A stretch of DNA of 34,629 nucleotides from Schwartzia sp. (in: firmicutes). GTDB taxonomy: Bacteria; Bacillota; Negativicutes; Selenomonadales; Selenomonadaceae. A program made the position numbers and the translations under genes. The DNA is taken from contig JAFZRW010000024.1 of the NCBI GenBank assembly GCA_017619685.1, positions 1-34,629 on the forward strand, written 5' to 3'. Below are positions 34,552-34,629 of this stretch, piece by piece. Within the stretch, counting starts at the first letter, position 1, and each line of letters opens with the position of its first letter. The notes under the pieces are model-generated. The model worked only from the letters and a program-made list of their open reading frames with translations. It ran no database searches and was not told the DNA's origin.

Positions 34552-34629
34552 ATGCCACAAAAACAGAAAGCGACGATGGAAGAAAAGGTGAATCTGGCCC
34601 GTGCATGTATCGAAGGCAAAATGAGCCAA
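34552..34629 (+). CDS. 5' end of an HTH transposase-like ORF (IS3-type OrfA-like), truncated by the window edge
   Basis: MPQKQKATMEEKVNLARACIEGKMSQ resembles N-termini of IS OrfA HTH proteins. Only 26 codons are visible. Confidence 0.3.
   Translation, partial: MPQKQKATMEEKVNLARACIEGKMSQ

Overview
High-GC, Clostridia-like chromosomal window with no rRNA, tRNA or cas genes. The unusual part is the left 3.8 kb. It holds the trailer end of a type I-C-like CRISPR array (33-nt repeat GTCGCCCTCCATGCGGAGGGCGTGGATTGAAAT). Two AT-rich, minus-strand two-gene toxin/immunity-like cassettes sit in this array exactly where spacers would be. Each cassette is bounded on the left by the same degenerate repeat variant (R*) fused to an intrinsic terminator, and carries a shared ~90-nt 5' module at its right end. 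Cassette 1 encodes a RadC/JAB-like protein plus a 68-aa acidic protein. Cassette 2 encodes a DUF6883-like protein plus an SH3-like 84-aa protein. To the right come a leaderless 3-repeat mini-array, a perfect 18-bp hairpin, a crRNA-like unit (5'-handle remnant, 40 nt, third R* copy), and an EndoU-like lipoprotein toxin with a putative immunity gene. The rest is mostly housekeeping: nth, a GNAT, a Tyr T-box leader with aroF-tyrA, an amino-acid ABC permease/ATPase, a cold-shock protein, a REC / EIIC-like / BMP-like / hybrid-kinase sensory operon, hpf, a second hybrid kinase, GT2-TPR, deoC, DUF401, larE, sufCBDSU, an ECF S component, a tandem YezD-like protein, a QueG-like Fe-S protein, a C69 dipeptidase, an AT-rich YhcG/DUF1016 nuclease gene, a DAACS transporter with an N-terminal extension, and the start of an IS-type transposase. 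A ~108-nt structured element occurs twice in inverted orientation (14883-14990 and 22128-22233) with compensatory base changes. All family calls come from motif recognition by eye. No database search was run.
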